Below are positions 1 through 10,258 of a stretch of 64,000 bases of DNA, piece after piece. Below the pieces are notes generated by a model. The model saw only the letters and a list, made by a program, of their open reading frames with translations, searched no databases and was not told the origin of the DNA. Source of the stretch: an uncultured cyanobacterium (GTDB taxonomy: Bacteria; Cyanobacteriota; Cyanobacteriia; Cyanobacteriales; CAWCAG01); contig CAWCAG010000007.1 of NCBI GenBank assembly GCA_963793425.1, positions 128,001 to 192,000 on the forward strand. The letters run 5' to 3'. Each line of letters starts with the position of its first letter. Positions within the stretch are counted from its first letter, which is position 1. The position numbers and the translations under genes are program-made.

Positions 1-1
1 A

Positions 2-1165
2 ATCCTGCCTTTCTTAAAAACTTTATTAGCAAAAAGCCAACAGAAAAAGGAACAAAACTTTCTCCCTTTTCAAGGGGGTTGGTTAGGTTGGTTGGGCTAC
101 GAATTAGCTTGGGAAATTGAAAAACTACCCGAATTAAACAACGATCCTTTACCCTTTCCTGTCGCTTACTGGTACGAACCTGCTTCCTTTGCTGTTTTAG
201 ATCATCTTCAACAAACCCTTTGGTTAGCCGCAAGCAAACCCCAGGAACTAGATAAACTACAACGACAGTGGGAAACCGGGAAAAAACACTCAGAAACTAG
301 ACCTTCTCTCATTAAATCTTCCCCCATCTCCTTCCTCACCTCCCAGACAGAATATCAAAAGGCTGTGGCACGAGCTAAGCAATATATTCAAACAGGGGAT
401 ATCTTTCAAACCAACCTCTCTTTACGCTTCCAAGCCTCAACCAACGCTAATAGCTGGGCAATTTATCAACAGCTACAAGGCATTAACCCCTCCCCCTTCG
501 CTAGTTACTGGCAAACCCCTTGGGGAACAGTAATTAGCTGTTCTCCGGAAAGACTAGTACAACTCAGGGGCGATCGCGCCCAAACTAGGCCCATTGCTGG
601 AACGCGATCACGGGGTCTTACCCCCCAAAAAGATCAACAACTAGCAGAAGAACTGCTCACCAACACCAAAGAAAGAGCAGAACATATCATGTTGGTAGAC
701 TTAGAAAGAAACGACTTAGGAAAAGTTTGTCAATGGGGTTCTGTAGAAGTAGACGAACTATTAACCATTGAAAGGTACAGTCACGTCATGCACCTAGTCA
801 GCAACGTCAAAGGCACTCTCCAAAGCCATCTTGATGCCGTAGATTTGCTCAAAGCAATATTCCCTGGAGGAACCATTACAGGCTGTCCTAAAGTGCGCTG
901 TATGGAAATTATCGAAGAACTTGAACCCCTGCGACGAAATCTATTTTATGGTTCCTGTGGCTATATTGACTATCGAGGCAATCTGGATCTAAATATTTTA
1001 ATTCGTACCCTCCTTGTCTCTTCTTCCTCCGTCTGGGGGCAGGTAGGGGCTGGAATCGTTGCTGACAGCAATCCAGAACAAGAATGGCAAGAATCTCTTC
1101 ATAAAGCTGAAGCTCAATTAGCAGCTTTGGGAAGTATTGAGATAGCAAAATCAGCAAAAAATTAG
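2..1165 (+). CDS. Anthranilate synthase component I / aminodeoxychorismate synthase (TrpE/PabB family), 5' partial
   Basis: Frame is open from the window start. Motifs SPERL, TRPIAGT, KERAEHIMLVDLERNDLG, FPGGTITGCPK and GAGIVADS. Confidence 0.9.
   Translation: MLPFLKTLLAKSQQKKEQNFLPFQGGWLGWLGYELAWEIEKLPELNNDPLPFPVAYWYEPASFAVLDHLQQTLWLAASKPQELDKLQRQWETGKKHSETRPSLIKSSPISFLTSQTEYQKAVARAKQYIQTGDIFQTNLSLRFQASTNANSWAIYQQLQGINPSPFASYWQTPWGTVISCSPERLVQLRGDRAQTRPIAGTRSRGLTPQKDQQLAEELLTNTKERAEHIMLVDLERNDLGKVCQWGSVEVDELLTIERYSHVMHLVSNVKGTLQSHLDAVDLLKAIFPGGTITGCPKVRCMEIIEELEPLRRNLFYGSCGYIDYRGNLDLNILIRTLLVSSSSVWGQVGAGIVADSNPEQEWQESLHKAEAQLAALGSIEIAKSAKN
570..577. repeat. HIP1 octamer GCGATCGC (example copy; many copies across the window)
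   Basis: GCGATCGC recurs very frequently throughout, which is a cyanobacterial hallmark. Confidence 0.9.
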
Positions 1166-1359
1166 GGACTGATCCTAATTCCCGACAAAATCATGCAAGA
1201 GAATGATCCCGAATCAAGCTATTATCAACCTAGTTCGTTTCTTTTCGAGGAACGCTTTTATTTTTGTCAAACTGCCCATTTTATCAGGCAGAACATTTTC
1301 TCAAAGCGGTTTCCGATCATCCATCTCTAAAGAGGTGGGCATTCTGCTTATTGAGCTTG

Positions 1360-1629
1360 ATGAATACTGAAACCTATCTTAATCACCCAACTTTTGGTTT
1401 ACTCTATAAAGTCTGTCCCATTGACGAACAGCAGGAATTGTACACTACCCTTTATGCCCAGCGGCTGTTTTTTTGTGTCAAATCCGGTGCTGAACGTTTC
1501 TCTTTTGAACCAGTCAGCCGTTCTGACGCTCGTTTACTTGTGGAAACCCGCTTGCGAAAAATTCGCCGTTTAGGTACTCCAGAAGAATACAAACAACTAC
1601 ATCTCATCCACCAACGAACTTTCCAATGA
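1360..1629 (+). CDS. pipX: PII-interacting protein X (NtcA co-activator)
   Basis: 89 aa from ATG 1360: MNTETYLNHPTFGLLY...LYTTLYAQRLFF. Lies upstream of a YggS-family gene. Confidence 0.95.
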   Translation: MNTETYLNHPTFGLLYKVCPIDEQQELYTTLYAQRLFFCVKSGAERFSFEPVSRSDARLLVETRLRKIRRLGTPEEYKQLHLIHQRTFQ

Positions 1630-1662
1630 GATAGAACAGTAGTTTTCGTAGATACCCCTCTA

Positions 1663-2334
1663 ATGACTGGCTTAATTACCCAGCGTATTACTAAAATCAG
1701 GCAACAGCTACCTCTCCGGGTTCGTCTAATTGCTGTCACTAAAAAAGTTTCTCCTCAAAAGATGCGAGAAGCTTATGCTACAGGAATTCGCGATTTCGGG
1801 GAGAGCCGCTTATCTGAGGCAATACCGAAACAAGAACAACTCCAAGACCTACCAGATATTTGCTGGCATTTTATTGGTCACCTGCAAAGTAATAAAGCTA
1901 AAAAAGTCCTAGAAAGTTTTCAATGGATTCATAGCTGCGACAGTCTCAAACTAGCAAAAAGATTAAATCGCTTAGGAAAAGAACTCGGTCGTCGTCCTGA
2001 AATTTGCTTACAAGTTAAAGTTTTAAAAGACCCTAATAAATATGGCTGGCAACCAGAGGCCTTACTGGATGATTTGCCGGAATTGGAGCGCTGCGAAAAC
2101 CTAGATATTCAAGGCTTGATGACCATTCTTCCTTTAGAATTATCTGCCCCACAAACCCTAGAGGCTTTTGTAGAAACTCGTGAACTAGCAGCAAAGATAG
2201 CTCAACAAGATAACTCTAATTTAGCCATGAAAGAACTTTCAATGGGAATGTCTGGGGATTACCAATTAGCCGTACAAGCAGGAGCAACAATGGTACGTTT
2301 GGGCAGAAGTATTTTCGGAGAAAGGGAACCCTAA
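1663..2334 (+). CDS. pipY: YggS-family PLP-binding protein
   Basis: LIAVTK, WHFIGHLQSNK, LSMGMSGDY and GATMVRLG motifs; linked to pipX. Confidence 0.95.
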   Translation: MTGLITQRITKIRQQLPLRVRLIAVTKKVSPQKMREAYATGIRDFGESRLSEAIPKQEQLQDLPDICWHFIGHLQSNKAKKVLESFQWIHSCDSLKLAKRLNRLGKELGRRPEICLQVKVLKDPNKYGWQPEALLDDLPELERCENLDIQGLMTILPLELSAPQTLEAFVETRELAAKIAQQDNSNLAMKELSMGMSGDYQLAVQAGATMVRLGRSIFGEREP

Positions 2335-2337
2335 ACC

Positions 2338-2727
2338 CTAAGAGTTAATAAAAGTATCCCTTGTTTGCTCTCGCTCTTGAGATTTGCGACGTTTTTCTTT
2401 TTCATCTTTCTGCTTACCTCCACTGTCGCTACTAATACGAATTTGAATTTTTGGGCCAGAGCTAGCTAGACGGATAATTATTCCGTCAACCACAGGGGAT
2501 CTATCAATTTGTTTACCATCAATGTAAGTTCCATTAGCCCCCAAACTAACGACTTCCCAGTCTGAGTTATTACGTCTAATTTCAACATGATGACGAGAAA
2601 CTACAGCGCTGTAGAGAACGACATCATTGTCAGTTGAGCGACCGATACGAATAACAGATTCTGTATCGAAAGGCCAACTTTGAACTGGAACGGATTGAAT
2701 AGGATGCAGCAGTGTCAGAGTAATCAC
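2338..2727 (-). CDS. FHA domain protein
   Basis: IGRSTDND, VSRHH and GANGTY FHA motifs. Confidence 0.9.
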   Translation of the reverse strand: MITLTLLHPIQSVPVQSWPFDTESVIRIGRSTDNDVVLYSAVVSRHHVEIRRNNSDWEVVSLGANGTYIDGKQIDRSPVVDGIIIRLASSGPKIQIRISSDSGGKQKDEKEKRRKSQEREQTRDTFINS

Positions 2728-3050
2728 TCTTTGTATTATCTGTTAACGATTGTTGCTTTTGGGTCTGGAAAAATTATTGACTCAACGAGGAGTTCCTAAA
2801 CCTACATTCCTTATTGTGATGGAAAGCTGTTCAGTTGTGTATAAATTTTATTTCTTTAACATTTTAATAATAAATTATTGAAAAATTTTTCCACCAACTT
2901 AAAATTATGCAACATCTTGTACTTCCTCGCTAGTTAATTTACCCCCTCATCTTTCTCCTCAAGCAATTGAGAGTTAAGTCTAAGGGGGTAACTGGCTAAG
3001 ATGTGAAAACGAAAAAGCTTTACTGAGGAATACCTATCCTTAAGATAGAT

Positions 3051-3326
3051 TTAAAGAGCGCCGGCATTAGCAAGCCCTAAAATCACCCCAGCCCCAATAA
3101 TGTGACCAAGACTTGCCGTTGCCAATAGTTCAGGAATGCCAAACTTTTGCAAAATTCCTGAACCACCTGGTAAAGAAGATCCCACTCCAGGCTTTTGAAT
3201 TGCAAAGCGACCAATAGTAATAGCTAATAAATTGCAAATAATCATCACTAAGCCGATAATAGGACTCCACTCAGGGGTTGGGGGTACTGTAGATTGAACA
3301 GCAGCGATTAAAGTTTGAGTAATCAA
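3051..3326 (-). CDS. psaK: Photosystem I subunit PsaK
   Basis: WSPIIGLVMIICN...PELLATASLGHIIGAGVILGL; TTG start after an AGGAG RBS. Confidence 0.93.
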   Translation of the reverse strand: MITQTLIAAVQSTVPPTPEWSPIIGLVMIICNLLAITIGRFAIQKPGVGSSLPGGSGILQKFGIPELLATASLGHIIGAGVILGLANAGAL

Positions 3327-3482
3327 CTTTTTAGTCTCCTCTCCTAAAATATTTAAGAAAATTTTTGTAAACAAGAAAAATTATAGGAATCTCTTGGGAA
3401 AGAATCTTAATTTGTTTGAAGATTTAACATTTATGCTCGTTTTTACGACTCAAAATAGCTAAAAGAATAAAATATCTTTACA

Positions 3483-4109
3483 ATGCGTGTCAAAATTTGC
3501 GGTATTACCAATTCCTACCAAGGTCAACAAATTGCTCAGTTGGGGGCTACAGCTTTAGGATTTATTTGTGTTCCTACCTCTGCAAGGTACATAGAACCAA
3601 ATCAAATCAAAGCTATTGTGGAAAAACTCCCCCTCAAGGTAGACAAGATTGGTGTTTTTGCCAATACTCATCAAGAAGAAATTGCCACCATAGTAAAGCA
3701 AGCTGGTTTAACAGGTGTCCAACTTCATGGCAACGAGTCTGCTGAATTTTGCCAACAGTTACGCCAACTTCTACCGCAACAAGAAATCATCAAAGCTTTG
3801 CGAATAAAAAATCCTGAGCGTTTAACTCAGGAGTTAGATTATCTTAATTGTGTTGATACTTTACTTTTGGATGCTTACCATCCCCAAATGTTGGGAGGAA
3901 CAGGTAAAACCCTCAACTGGGAATATTTAAACAAATTTCGCCCTAGTTTACCTTGGTTTCTTGCAGGAGGATTAAATCCTCATAATATTTTGACTGCTTT
4001 AGCACAAGTTCAACCAAAGGGTATTGACCTTTCCAGTGGCGTAGAGCGATCGCCAGGAGATAAAGATTTAGCAAAAGTCGCCGCTTTATTTAGCAAGTTA
4101 AATGGGTAA
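3483..4109 (+). CDS. trpF: Phosphoribosylanthranilate isomerase
   Basis: VKICGIT, VQLHGNE, GGTG, LAGGL and DLSSGVE. Confidence 0.96.
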   Translation: MRVKICGITNSYQGQQIAQLGATALGFICVPTSARYIEPNQIKAIVEKLPLKVDKIGVFANTHQEEIATIVKQAGLTGVQLHGNESAEFCQQLRQLLPQQEIIKALRIKNPERLTQELDYLNCVDTLLLDAYHPQMLGGTGKTLNWEYLNKFRPSLPWFLAGGLNPHNILTALAQVQPKGIDLSSGVERSPGDKDLAKVAALFSKLNG

Positions 4110-4112
4110 ATT

Positions 4113-4844
4113 TTAGAAAAAGTTTGGTCGATGGCGAATTAAATTAAGAAATTCTTCGCGAGTCTTTAGGTCTTCTTGAAAAGTACCAACCATAGCACTT
4201 GTCACAGTCCAAGAACCAGGTTTTTGCACTCCGCGCATAGCCATACACATATGAGTTGCTTCCATGACTATAGCAACTCCTTGAGGCTCTAAAACTTCTT
4301 GAATAGCTTCGGCAATTTGACGAGTTAGGCGTTCTTGTACTTGTAATCTTCTAGCGTACATTTCTACAATACGAGCTAGTTTGCTTAAGCCTACTACTTT
4401 TTGGTTCGGTATATAGGCAACGTGGGCCCTGCCCATAAAAGGCAACATATGATGTTCACAAAGACTAAAAAAGTCTATATCCCGCACCAACACCATTTCA
4501 TTATGACCTTCATCAAAAATAGCGCCATTGACTATTTTTTCTAAGGATTGGTCGTAACCTTGAGTTAAGAACTGCATAGCCTCAGCAACTCTTTTGGGAG
4601 TTTTCAGCAGTCCTTCGCGTTCTGGATCTTCACCTACACTTTGTAGCATGGTTTTTACAGCGTCCATCATTGCAGCTTTGCTTGGTTCAGATTCAGCCTC
4701 AATATAAGCTTCACCACTGCTGTGGCTACTGCGGTCGGGTCTAGTAGCAACGCGACCTCCTTTAGTAGAGTTTAGATTATTTTTGCTTTCGAGCTTTGAG
4801 CCAGAATGAAGTCCGTTGGAACCGTTGGAAGAAGCTATTGTCAT
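4113..4844 (-). CDS. folE: GTP cyclohydrolase I
   Basis: [32 protein letters not shown] and HMCM. Likely start is MTIASSN at 4844. Confidence 0.96.
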   Translation of the reverse strand: MTIASSNGSNGLHSGSKLESKNNLNSTKGGRVATRPDRSSHSSGEAYIEAESEPSKAAMMDAVKTMLQSVGEDPEREGLLKTPKRVAEAMQFLTQGYDQSLEKIVNGAIFDEGHNEMVLVRDIDFFSLCEHHMLPFMGRAHVAYIPNQKVVGLSKLARIVEMYARRLQVQERLTRQIAEAIQEVLEPQGVAIVMEATHMCMAMRGVQKPGSWTVTSAMVGTFQEDLKTREEFLNLIRHRPNFF

Positions 4845-5241
4845 GATTGATGAATGAAGTGAATTTATTACCTCTTGATTTTGGTGTTTGGAGCCATACT
4901 GTCCTTGAAAATCAAGCTCAGTATTGAGACTGCACACCAAACTCCCTCCCCTATAACCATTTGTTTAAATAGAGGAGTAGTTGAATAACAGCTTTAAGAA
5001 TCTAAAAGTGCTAAGCGAGATAATTCGCTGGCAACTTTTTATATCTTTGGTTTTGAAGTAGTAGATGCTGCTGACTCAACTTTTCTACTGTTGAGCCAGA
5101 CAATCAGGAAAACTATGCTCCTTGGGCTATGCTTTTCCAGCAGTTGTGAAAGCAAAAAAATTCGCTATCGGAAGAACACCAGCAAGATTGATTGCCAAAT
5201 CACCCTTTTATGAGAGCAATGTTATAAAAGTTTACGTTGTT

Positions 5242-5250
5242 ATTATATCA
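5242..5250 (-). promoter_or_regulatory. Extended -10 element (TGnTATAAT) upstream of folE
   Basis: Minus strand reads TGATATAAT just downstream of the accA stop. Confidence 0.45.
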
Positions 5251-5278
5251 CTTCGATCATAACTAAATAGAGGGATTT

Positions 5279-6259
5279 TTAGGCAGATAGTTCATCAAAA
5301 ACACCAATATTGCGGAATTTCTGGTAGCGCAATTCTTTTCTTTGTTGAGGGGGAATAACTTCTAATTCTTCGAGAGTTTCTTTCAAAGCCTTTGCTAAAA
5401 TTACAGCAGCCCCTAAAGGATCAGCATGAGAACCCTTGACTGGTTCGGGAAGGAGGCGGTCAATAATGCCTAACTCTTTTAAGTCCCAGGAAGTGATTTT
5501 TAAAGCAGCGGCTGCTTGATCGGATTTAGCCGCATCTCGCCACAAAATTGCAGCACAAGCTTCGGGAGGAGCGACGCTATAAACAGCGTGTTCAAACATT
5601 AAGATGCGATCCCCGACACCAATACCTAAAGCGCCTCCTGAGCCTCCTTCACCAATAACAGTAGAAATGATTGGTACATCAAAACTAAACATCTGGCGCA
5701 GATTGTAGGCGATCGCTTCCCCTTGTCCTAATTTCTCTGCTTCTACCCCAGCCCAAGCTGCAGGGGTATCAATCAAGGTGATAATGGGCATACCGAAGCG
5801 ATTGGCGTGTTCCATTAAGCGCATAGCCTTACGATAGCCTCCAGGGGAAGCCATGCCAAAGTTACGGGCTACATTATCTTTGGTATCTCGGCCTTTTTGA
5901 TGTCCCAACATAACCACCGGTTTACCATCTAAACGAGCAATACCGCCCACAATTGCTGGATCATCACTACCACCGCGATCGCCGTGGAGTTCAAACCATT
6001 CTTCGCTCATGGCTTGAATAAAATCTAAAGTGCTGGGTCTTCTGGGGTGGCGTGCTAGTTGAAGACGCTGAGTGGGAGTTAAAGTGCTATAAATCTCCTT
6101 ACGCAGTTGTACGGCTTTAGCTTCCAACTGAGTTATTTTCTCAGCCACATCAACGTTGTTTTCTGTAGCTAGGGCGCGAATTTGCTCAATACGCCCTTCT
6201 AATTCACAAAGAGGTTTTTCAAAATCAAGGAGAAAGGGGCGGCGTTCGGGAGTGGACAT
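5279..6259 (-). CDS. accA: Acetyl-CoA carboxylase carboxyltransferase alpha subunit
   Basis: [23 protein letters not shown] and [10 protein letters not shown]. Confidence 0.97.
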   Translation of the reverse strand: MSTPERRPFLLDFEKPLCELEGRIEQIRALATENNVDVAEKITQLEAKAVQLRKEIYSTLTPTQRLQLARHPRRPSTLDFIQAMSEEWFELHGDRGGSDDPAIVGGIARLDGKPVVMLGHQKGRDTKDNVARNFGMASPGGYRKAMRLMEHANRFGMPIITLIDTPAAWAGVEAEKLGQGEAIAYNLRQMFSFDVPIISTVIGEGGSGGALGIGVGDRILMFEHAVYSVAPPEACAAILWRDAAKSDQAAAALKITSWDLKELGIIDRLLPEPVKGSHADPLGAAVILAKALKETLEELEVIPPQQRKELRYQKFRNIGVFDELSA

Positions 6260-6315
6260 CAGCTATCAGTTATCAATAATCAGTTATCAGTTATTAATTT
6301 AGGGCTTATCTGCAC

Positions 6316-7347
6316 TTATTGGGAGGCAAACTCTAGTAGAGGTTGAAAGCCGTGCTTTACTGATACTTGACCAATTTGTGCCATTTTTGAGGCACTGATT
6401 TGATTTCTGCCCCAAGAGAAGTTAGTGTGCCACTTTTCAAATTCTAGAAGCATGGATTCTGCAAAACAGGCGAACATTTGACGGCTGGGAACATCCATAC
6501 TGACAATTTCCATGATCTTCCAATCAATATCCAGTGAATGTTCGACAATACCTCCATTCAACACATGAATATCTGGATGTTGAATTTTAGTTCCTAGATT
6601 TTTAGGATAGCCGCCGTCAATGATTAAACAAGGCTTTTTTAAAGTTTCGGCGGAAATTTCCACCCCTTGGGGCATACTTGCTACCCAAACGATTATATCT
6701 GCTAAAGGTAAGGCTTCTTCTAGTCCGAGAATTTTGCCCCTACCTAATTCATTTTGCAGGGCTTTTAAGGGTTCCTGTTTACGGGCAATGAGTAGTAAAT
6801 CTTCTACGTCAGTACAGCTATTTAACCAGCGACAGACACCGCTACCGATATCCCCTGTTGCCCCGCAAACAGCTACGGTTGCTTTGGCAAGGTCAATACC
6901 TAATTTAGCGCTAGCTTGCTCAACTTGGCGACAGATAATGTAGGCTGTGTGGGTATTACCAGTAGTAAAGCGCTCAAACTCTAACTCGACATTTCGCACC
7001 TGTTTATTTTGTTTGAGGTTGAAATTCTCAAAAACAATTGAAGAAAAGCCCCCTAAAGCTGTGATATCTAAACCGTTTTTCTGGGCATGGGCCATGGAAT
7101 TAAGGATTTTACGAATGGCGGCTTTGATGCGGCGATTAGTAAGCATTTCTGGCAAGAAACAGGATTCTACATACCTGCCTTCAATTTGCTGCCCAGTAAT
7201 GCTAGTGACTTTGATATCATCAACAATTTGGGGCGGTGCTGAACACCAAAAATCTAGCCCTTGATTAGCATATTCTGGATATCCTAATCTTTCTGCTACT
7301 GCTTGTGCGTGTTCTAAACTGGTAAGGTGACCGATAAGACCAAACAT
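6316..7347 (-). CDS. aar: Long-chain acyl-ACP reductase
   Basis: [33 protein letters not shown] and FACFAE; downstream of ado. Confidence 0.97.
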   Translation of the reverse strand: MFGLIGHLTSLEHAQAVAERLGYPEYANQGLDFWCSAPPQIVDDIKVTSITGQQIEGRYVESCFLPEMLTNRRIKAAIRKILNSMAHAQKNGLDITALGGFSSIVFENFNLKQNKQVRNVELEFERFTTGNTHTAYIICRQVEQASAKLGIDLAKATVAVCGATGDIGSGVCRWLNSCTDVEDLLLIARKQEPLKALQNELGRGKILGLEEALPLADIIVWVASMPQGVEISAETLKKPCLIIDGGYPKNLGTKIQHPDIHVLNGGIVEHSLDIDWKIMEIVSMDVPSRQMFACFAESMLLEFEKWHTNFSWGRNQISASKMAQIGQVSVKHGFQPLLEFASQ

Positions 7348-7639
7348 TTATTGCTCGTTTTTAAATTTTGAATTGAATTTGAAATAGAGTTTTGTTAAAC
7401 GGATAATTTGACAAAAAAGCGCCACTCTTAAAAGAGCAGCTAAAGAAACAATCTGAATACTTGCAAACAATCGAGGTCTGGTAGAGCATTAAGACAAAGC
7501 TGCTGCTACAGAACTTTCTAGAGAGCAGCAGCTATTTGGTATCACTCCGACAGTAATAATTCCCCAAAGAAATATAATTGTCTGGAGTCCAGTAATTTTC
7601 GCCAATTCGCCTTTGCTAGACAAGATAATTAAATTGCCT

Positions 7640-8338
7640 CTAAACTGCACCAGCTAAACCATAAGCTGACATACCCATGATTTCTCCGGTGGTGAAACCA
7701 ATGTTGCTAAGGGCTTCCCCATAGCTAATCATGAAGTCTTCTACTAAAGCTTCTTTTTCCATACCTAAGATGTGAGCATCTTTCTCCACTTGGTTAAGCA
7801 TTTTCCACACCAAAGGAAGATTTTGGCGATTTGCTGCTTGTAATTCGGCTTTTGCTTCGGCAAAATGCGCTTTTAACCAAACTTCGCCGAAGTTAAGATG
7901 GGTATATTCATCTTTGACCACTCCTTCAGTAATTTTTCGAGCAAAGGGGTCAGCTACGGGAATATAAATGTTGTAAGCAGCGATCGCAAAGCTTTCAATA
8001 ATTAAAGCTTGAATAAGCAAGCAAGTAACTATTTTTCCTTCTGCCAGTGCTGTTTGGAAGTTGCCATGTAGCCCAGAAAAGTATTCTTGAGCAAATTCCA
8101 TATCTGGTGTCACATTCAGATTCTTGCCGCAAGCTTGAAATCCTTTTTTGTGACGATTTTCCATTTTGGAGAGACGAATCAACTCATCCTGATTGTCTGG
8201 CATAACCTGGGAAAGGTGGAGGTAATTTCCGTATGCCTCTTCTTCTCCTTCAATCACAATGGCATTAATGCGGCTATAGGCATCTTTGTAAGCTTCACTT
8301 TTAAAATCAAATTCTGCCTTAACTGCCAGTTCTTGCAT
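7640..8338 (-). CDS. ado: Aldehyde-deformylating oxygenase
   Basis: [16 protein letters not shown] and di-iron ExxH motifs (ENRH, DEYTH). Confidence 0.97.
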   Translation of the reverse strand: MQELAVKAEFDFKSEAYKDAYSRINAIVIEGEEEAYGNYLHLSQVMPDNQDELIRLSKMENRHKKGFQACGKNLNVTPDMEFAQEYFSGLHGNFQTALAEGKIVTCLLIQALIIESFAIAAYNIYIPVADPFARKITEGVVKDEYTHLNFGEVWLKAHFAEAKAELQAANRQNLPLVWKMLNQVEKDAHILGMEKEALVEDFMISYGEALSNIGFTTGEIMGMSAYGLAGAV

Positions 8339-8404
8339 GGGTTATTTGTCTCCTGTCTTTTGACCACAACCCTATGTTATCTTTTGCTTTCAATTAAGGC
8401 TATT

Positions 8405-8929
8405 TCATTCTAATTTTGCTTCTTTTTGCTTGCTAATCACATCTAAGGCGAAACCGACACCCTGGGAAGCTAAGGTTTTGACTACTTCCGGTAAATCCCT
8501 AAATTCGTAAGGCCTAGGGTCAGTCGGTTCTTGTTCTAAAATTAAACCCCTTTTACGCAAATATGCCCTGACTATGGTTACTGCTTGGTCAGTTTGCAGT
8601 TTACCATCATCGTTGATAATTTCTTCTGCTAAGGGACAAATGCTAAAAAATCTTGCCAAACATTGGGAATAGGTTTTGGGGTCTAGGCGCATTAAGACAC
8701 GACGAATGGTACTGTAAGAAGGTAATGTTTCTTTGTCTAAACCTAGTAATTCAATTAAGTCACTGCTGTAGATATCTATCCAGTCGCCAACAGCTAAAAC
8801 TCCTCGATTTCCTGCGGCGATCGCCAAGGTGAACAATGCTAGACAAAGAGATTGGCTGTGGCGTTGACCAGCTTTCCGACGGGAGTCAGGTAGGTTAGAA
8901 AATGCTTCAATAATTGCTGCCTGGTTCAT
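8405..8929 (-). CDS. ISAs1-family transposase-derived protein (N-terminal DDE_Tnp_1-associated domain, catalytic domain incomplete)
   Basis: FSNLPDSRR..GQRH, PSYSTIRRVL, DGK, RGLILE and F.LD..SKQK match the N-terminal half of ISAs1 transposases. No C-terminal half follows. Confidence 0.75.
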   Translation of the reverse strand: MNQAAIIEAFSNLPDSRRKAGQRHSQSLCLALFTLAIAAGNRGVLAVGDWIDIYSSDLIELLGLDKETLPSYSTIRRVLMRLDPKTYSQCLARFFSICPLAEEIINDDGKLQTDQAVTIVRAYLRKRGLILEQEPTDPRPYEFRDLPEVVKTLASQGVGFALDVISKQKEAKLE

Positions 8930-9261
8930 CAGAATTTTCCTGCAAGATTCGTGAGCATAGAATTTACTTCTACCATTTGATCGCTTTCGCCCCTTAGTTG
9001 AATAAGCAATTAGTTCTCGCTTAATAACTCAATTTGGCTTTTCCTTAAAAAGTATAAATATTAATTTTGCTAAATGTCGGAAATAAATGTCCATAACCCA
9101 TTGAGAAACTTTCAATAGGTGACATTTTCATTAGTTTTTCTAATGCTTATTCTAGCAATTTCTCTAGCTTGAAGGCTGGCCAGCCTCTATTCCTTCTGTA
9201 ATAAAAAGCTTACTTACTTAACCTGAAAGGTTATAATACTGACTTTCTCTACTTCCCAACT

Positions 9262-9750
9262 ATGTCTCAATTATCTCCTCAAGAAGCTGAAGAGAAAGTG
9301 CTGATCATGGAACGTTTGCGCTCCCTAAGCACTTTTTTAGATAATTCAATTACCATTCCTGGAACTTCTTATCGCATTGGCTTAGACCCTTTTTTAGGAC
9401 TTTTACCTGGGGTTGGAGATTATGCTGGGGCAGCAATTTCTGCTTTTATCGTCATTCAAGGCGCTCGTTTAGGGGCTTCTAAAAGCACTTTAACCCGTAT
9501 GGTTACTAATATTATTATTGAGTCTTTTGCTGGTACTATACCTGTTTTTGGGGATATTTTTGATGCTGGTTGGAAAGCTAATCTGAAAAATGTGGCTCTC
9601 TTAGACAACCATATCGCATCTTCCCCTCAAAGAAAAAAAGCTGACACTTGGTTTGTGTTTCTCTTATTAGCTGTTCTCGCTTTAGTGGTGATACTAACAA
9701 CAACTATTTTTATTCTCTTATTAAGTTTTCTTTGGCAACTTATTCAATGA
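9262..9750 (+). CDS. DUF4112-family membrane protein
   Basis: LDNSITIPGT.YRIGLDPFLGLLPGVGD and IPVFGDIFDAGWKAN. Confidence 0.85.
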   Translation: MSQLSPQEAEEKVLIMERLRSLSTFLDNSITIPGTSYRIGLDPFLGLLPGVGDYAGAAISAFIVIQGARLGASKSTLTRMVTNIIIESFAGTIPVFGDIFDAGWKANLKNVALLDNHIASSPQRKKADTWFVFLLLAVLALVVILTTTIFILLLSFLWQLIQ

Positions 9751-9777
9751 TTAATGTTTAATGTTTAATGTTTAATG
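9750..9777. repeat. Heptamer tandem repeat (STRR-like, TTAATGT)n
   Basis: Direct 7-bp repeats. Similar heptamer tracts occur near 6262, 10146, 10232, 40488, 41878, 43741, 49960, 55770 and 56535. Confidence 0.75.
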
Positions 9778-9780
9778 ATA

Positions 9781-10128
9781 TCACCATTCCCCTCTGCCCT
9801 CTTGTCCCCAATCACCTGTTAAGGGATCGTCTTCTTCTATCTCTCTTTGATAATTAATATTTTCTTCTGTGGGATCACTCTTTTTTCTGCGAGGCGATCG
9901 CGGTAACTTTTTTGCATGAGGACGGGAAAAGATGATCGGCGCAACACTAGCAGCAACCATACCAATACCAAGGCTAAAAGCCAACCAAATACCAATAGGT
10001 GCTTCAACAGTTTGTAAGTTAAAAATCTTGAAGGATACAGGGGTAATGTTTTGGATAGAAAACACACCAATTGTTGCTATCCAACCAGCAAAAATCAGGG
10101 CAGTAAGTAAATTCCTAATTGTTTTCAT
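9781..10128 (-). CDS. LapA/DUF1049-like small membrane protein
   Basis: Two TM helices with FSIQN..PVSF...PIG. Start MKTIRN at 10128. Confidence 0.7.
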   Translation of the reverse strand: MKTIRNLLTALIFAGWIATIGVFSIQNITPVSFKIFNLQTVEAPIGIWLAFSLGIGMVAASVAPIIFSRPHAKKLPRSPRRKKSDPTEENINYQREIEEDDPLTGDWGQEGRGEW

Positions 10129-10258
10129 AACAGAGTTTTTTATGTAGGGGAACAGGGAACAGAGAACAGGGAATAGAATATCTACAAATCTACCTATACC
10201 CTTCAATTAACGCTGAATTTGTTAGCAGATGCTGCTCCCTGCTCCCTGCTCCCTCAAT

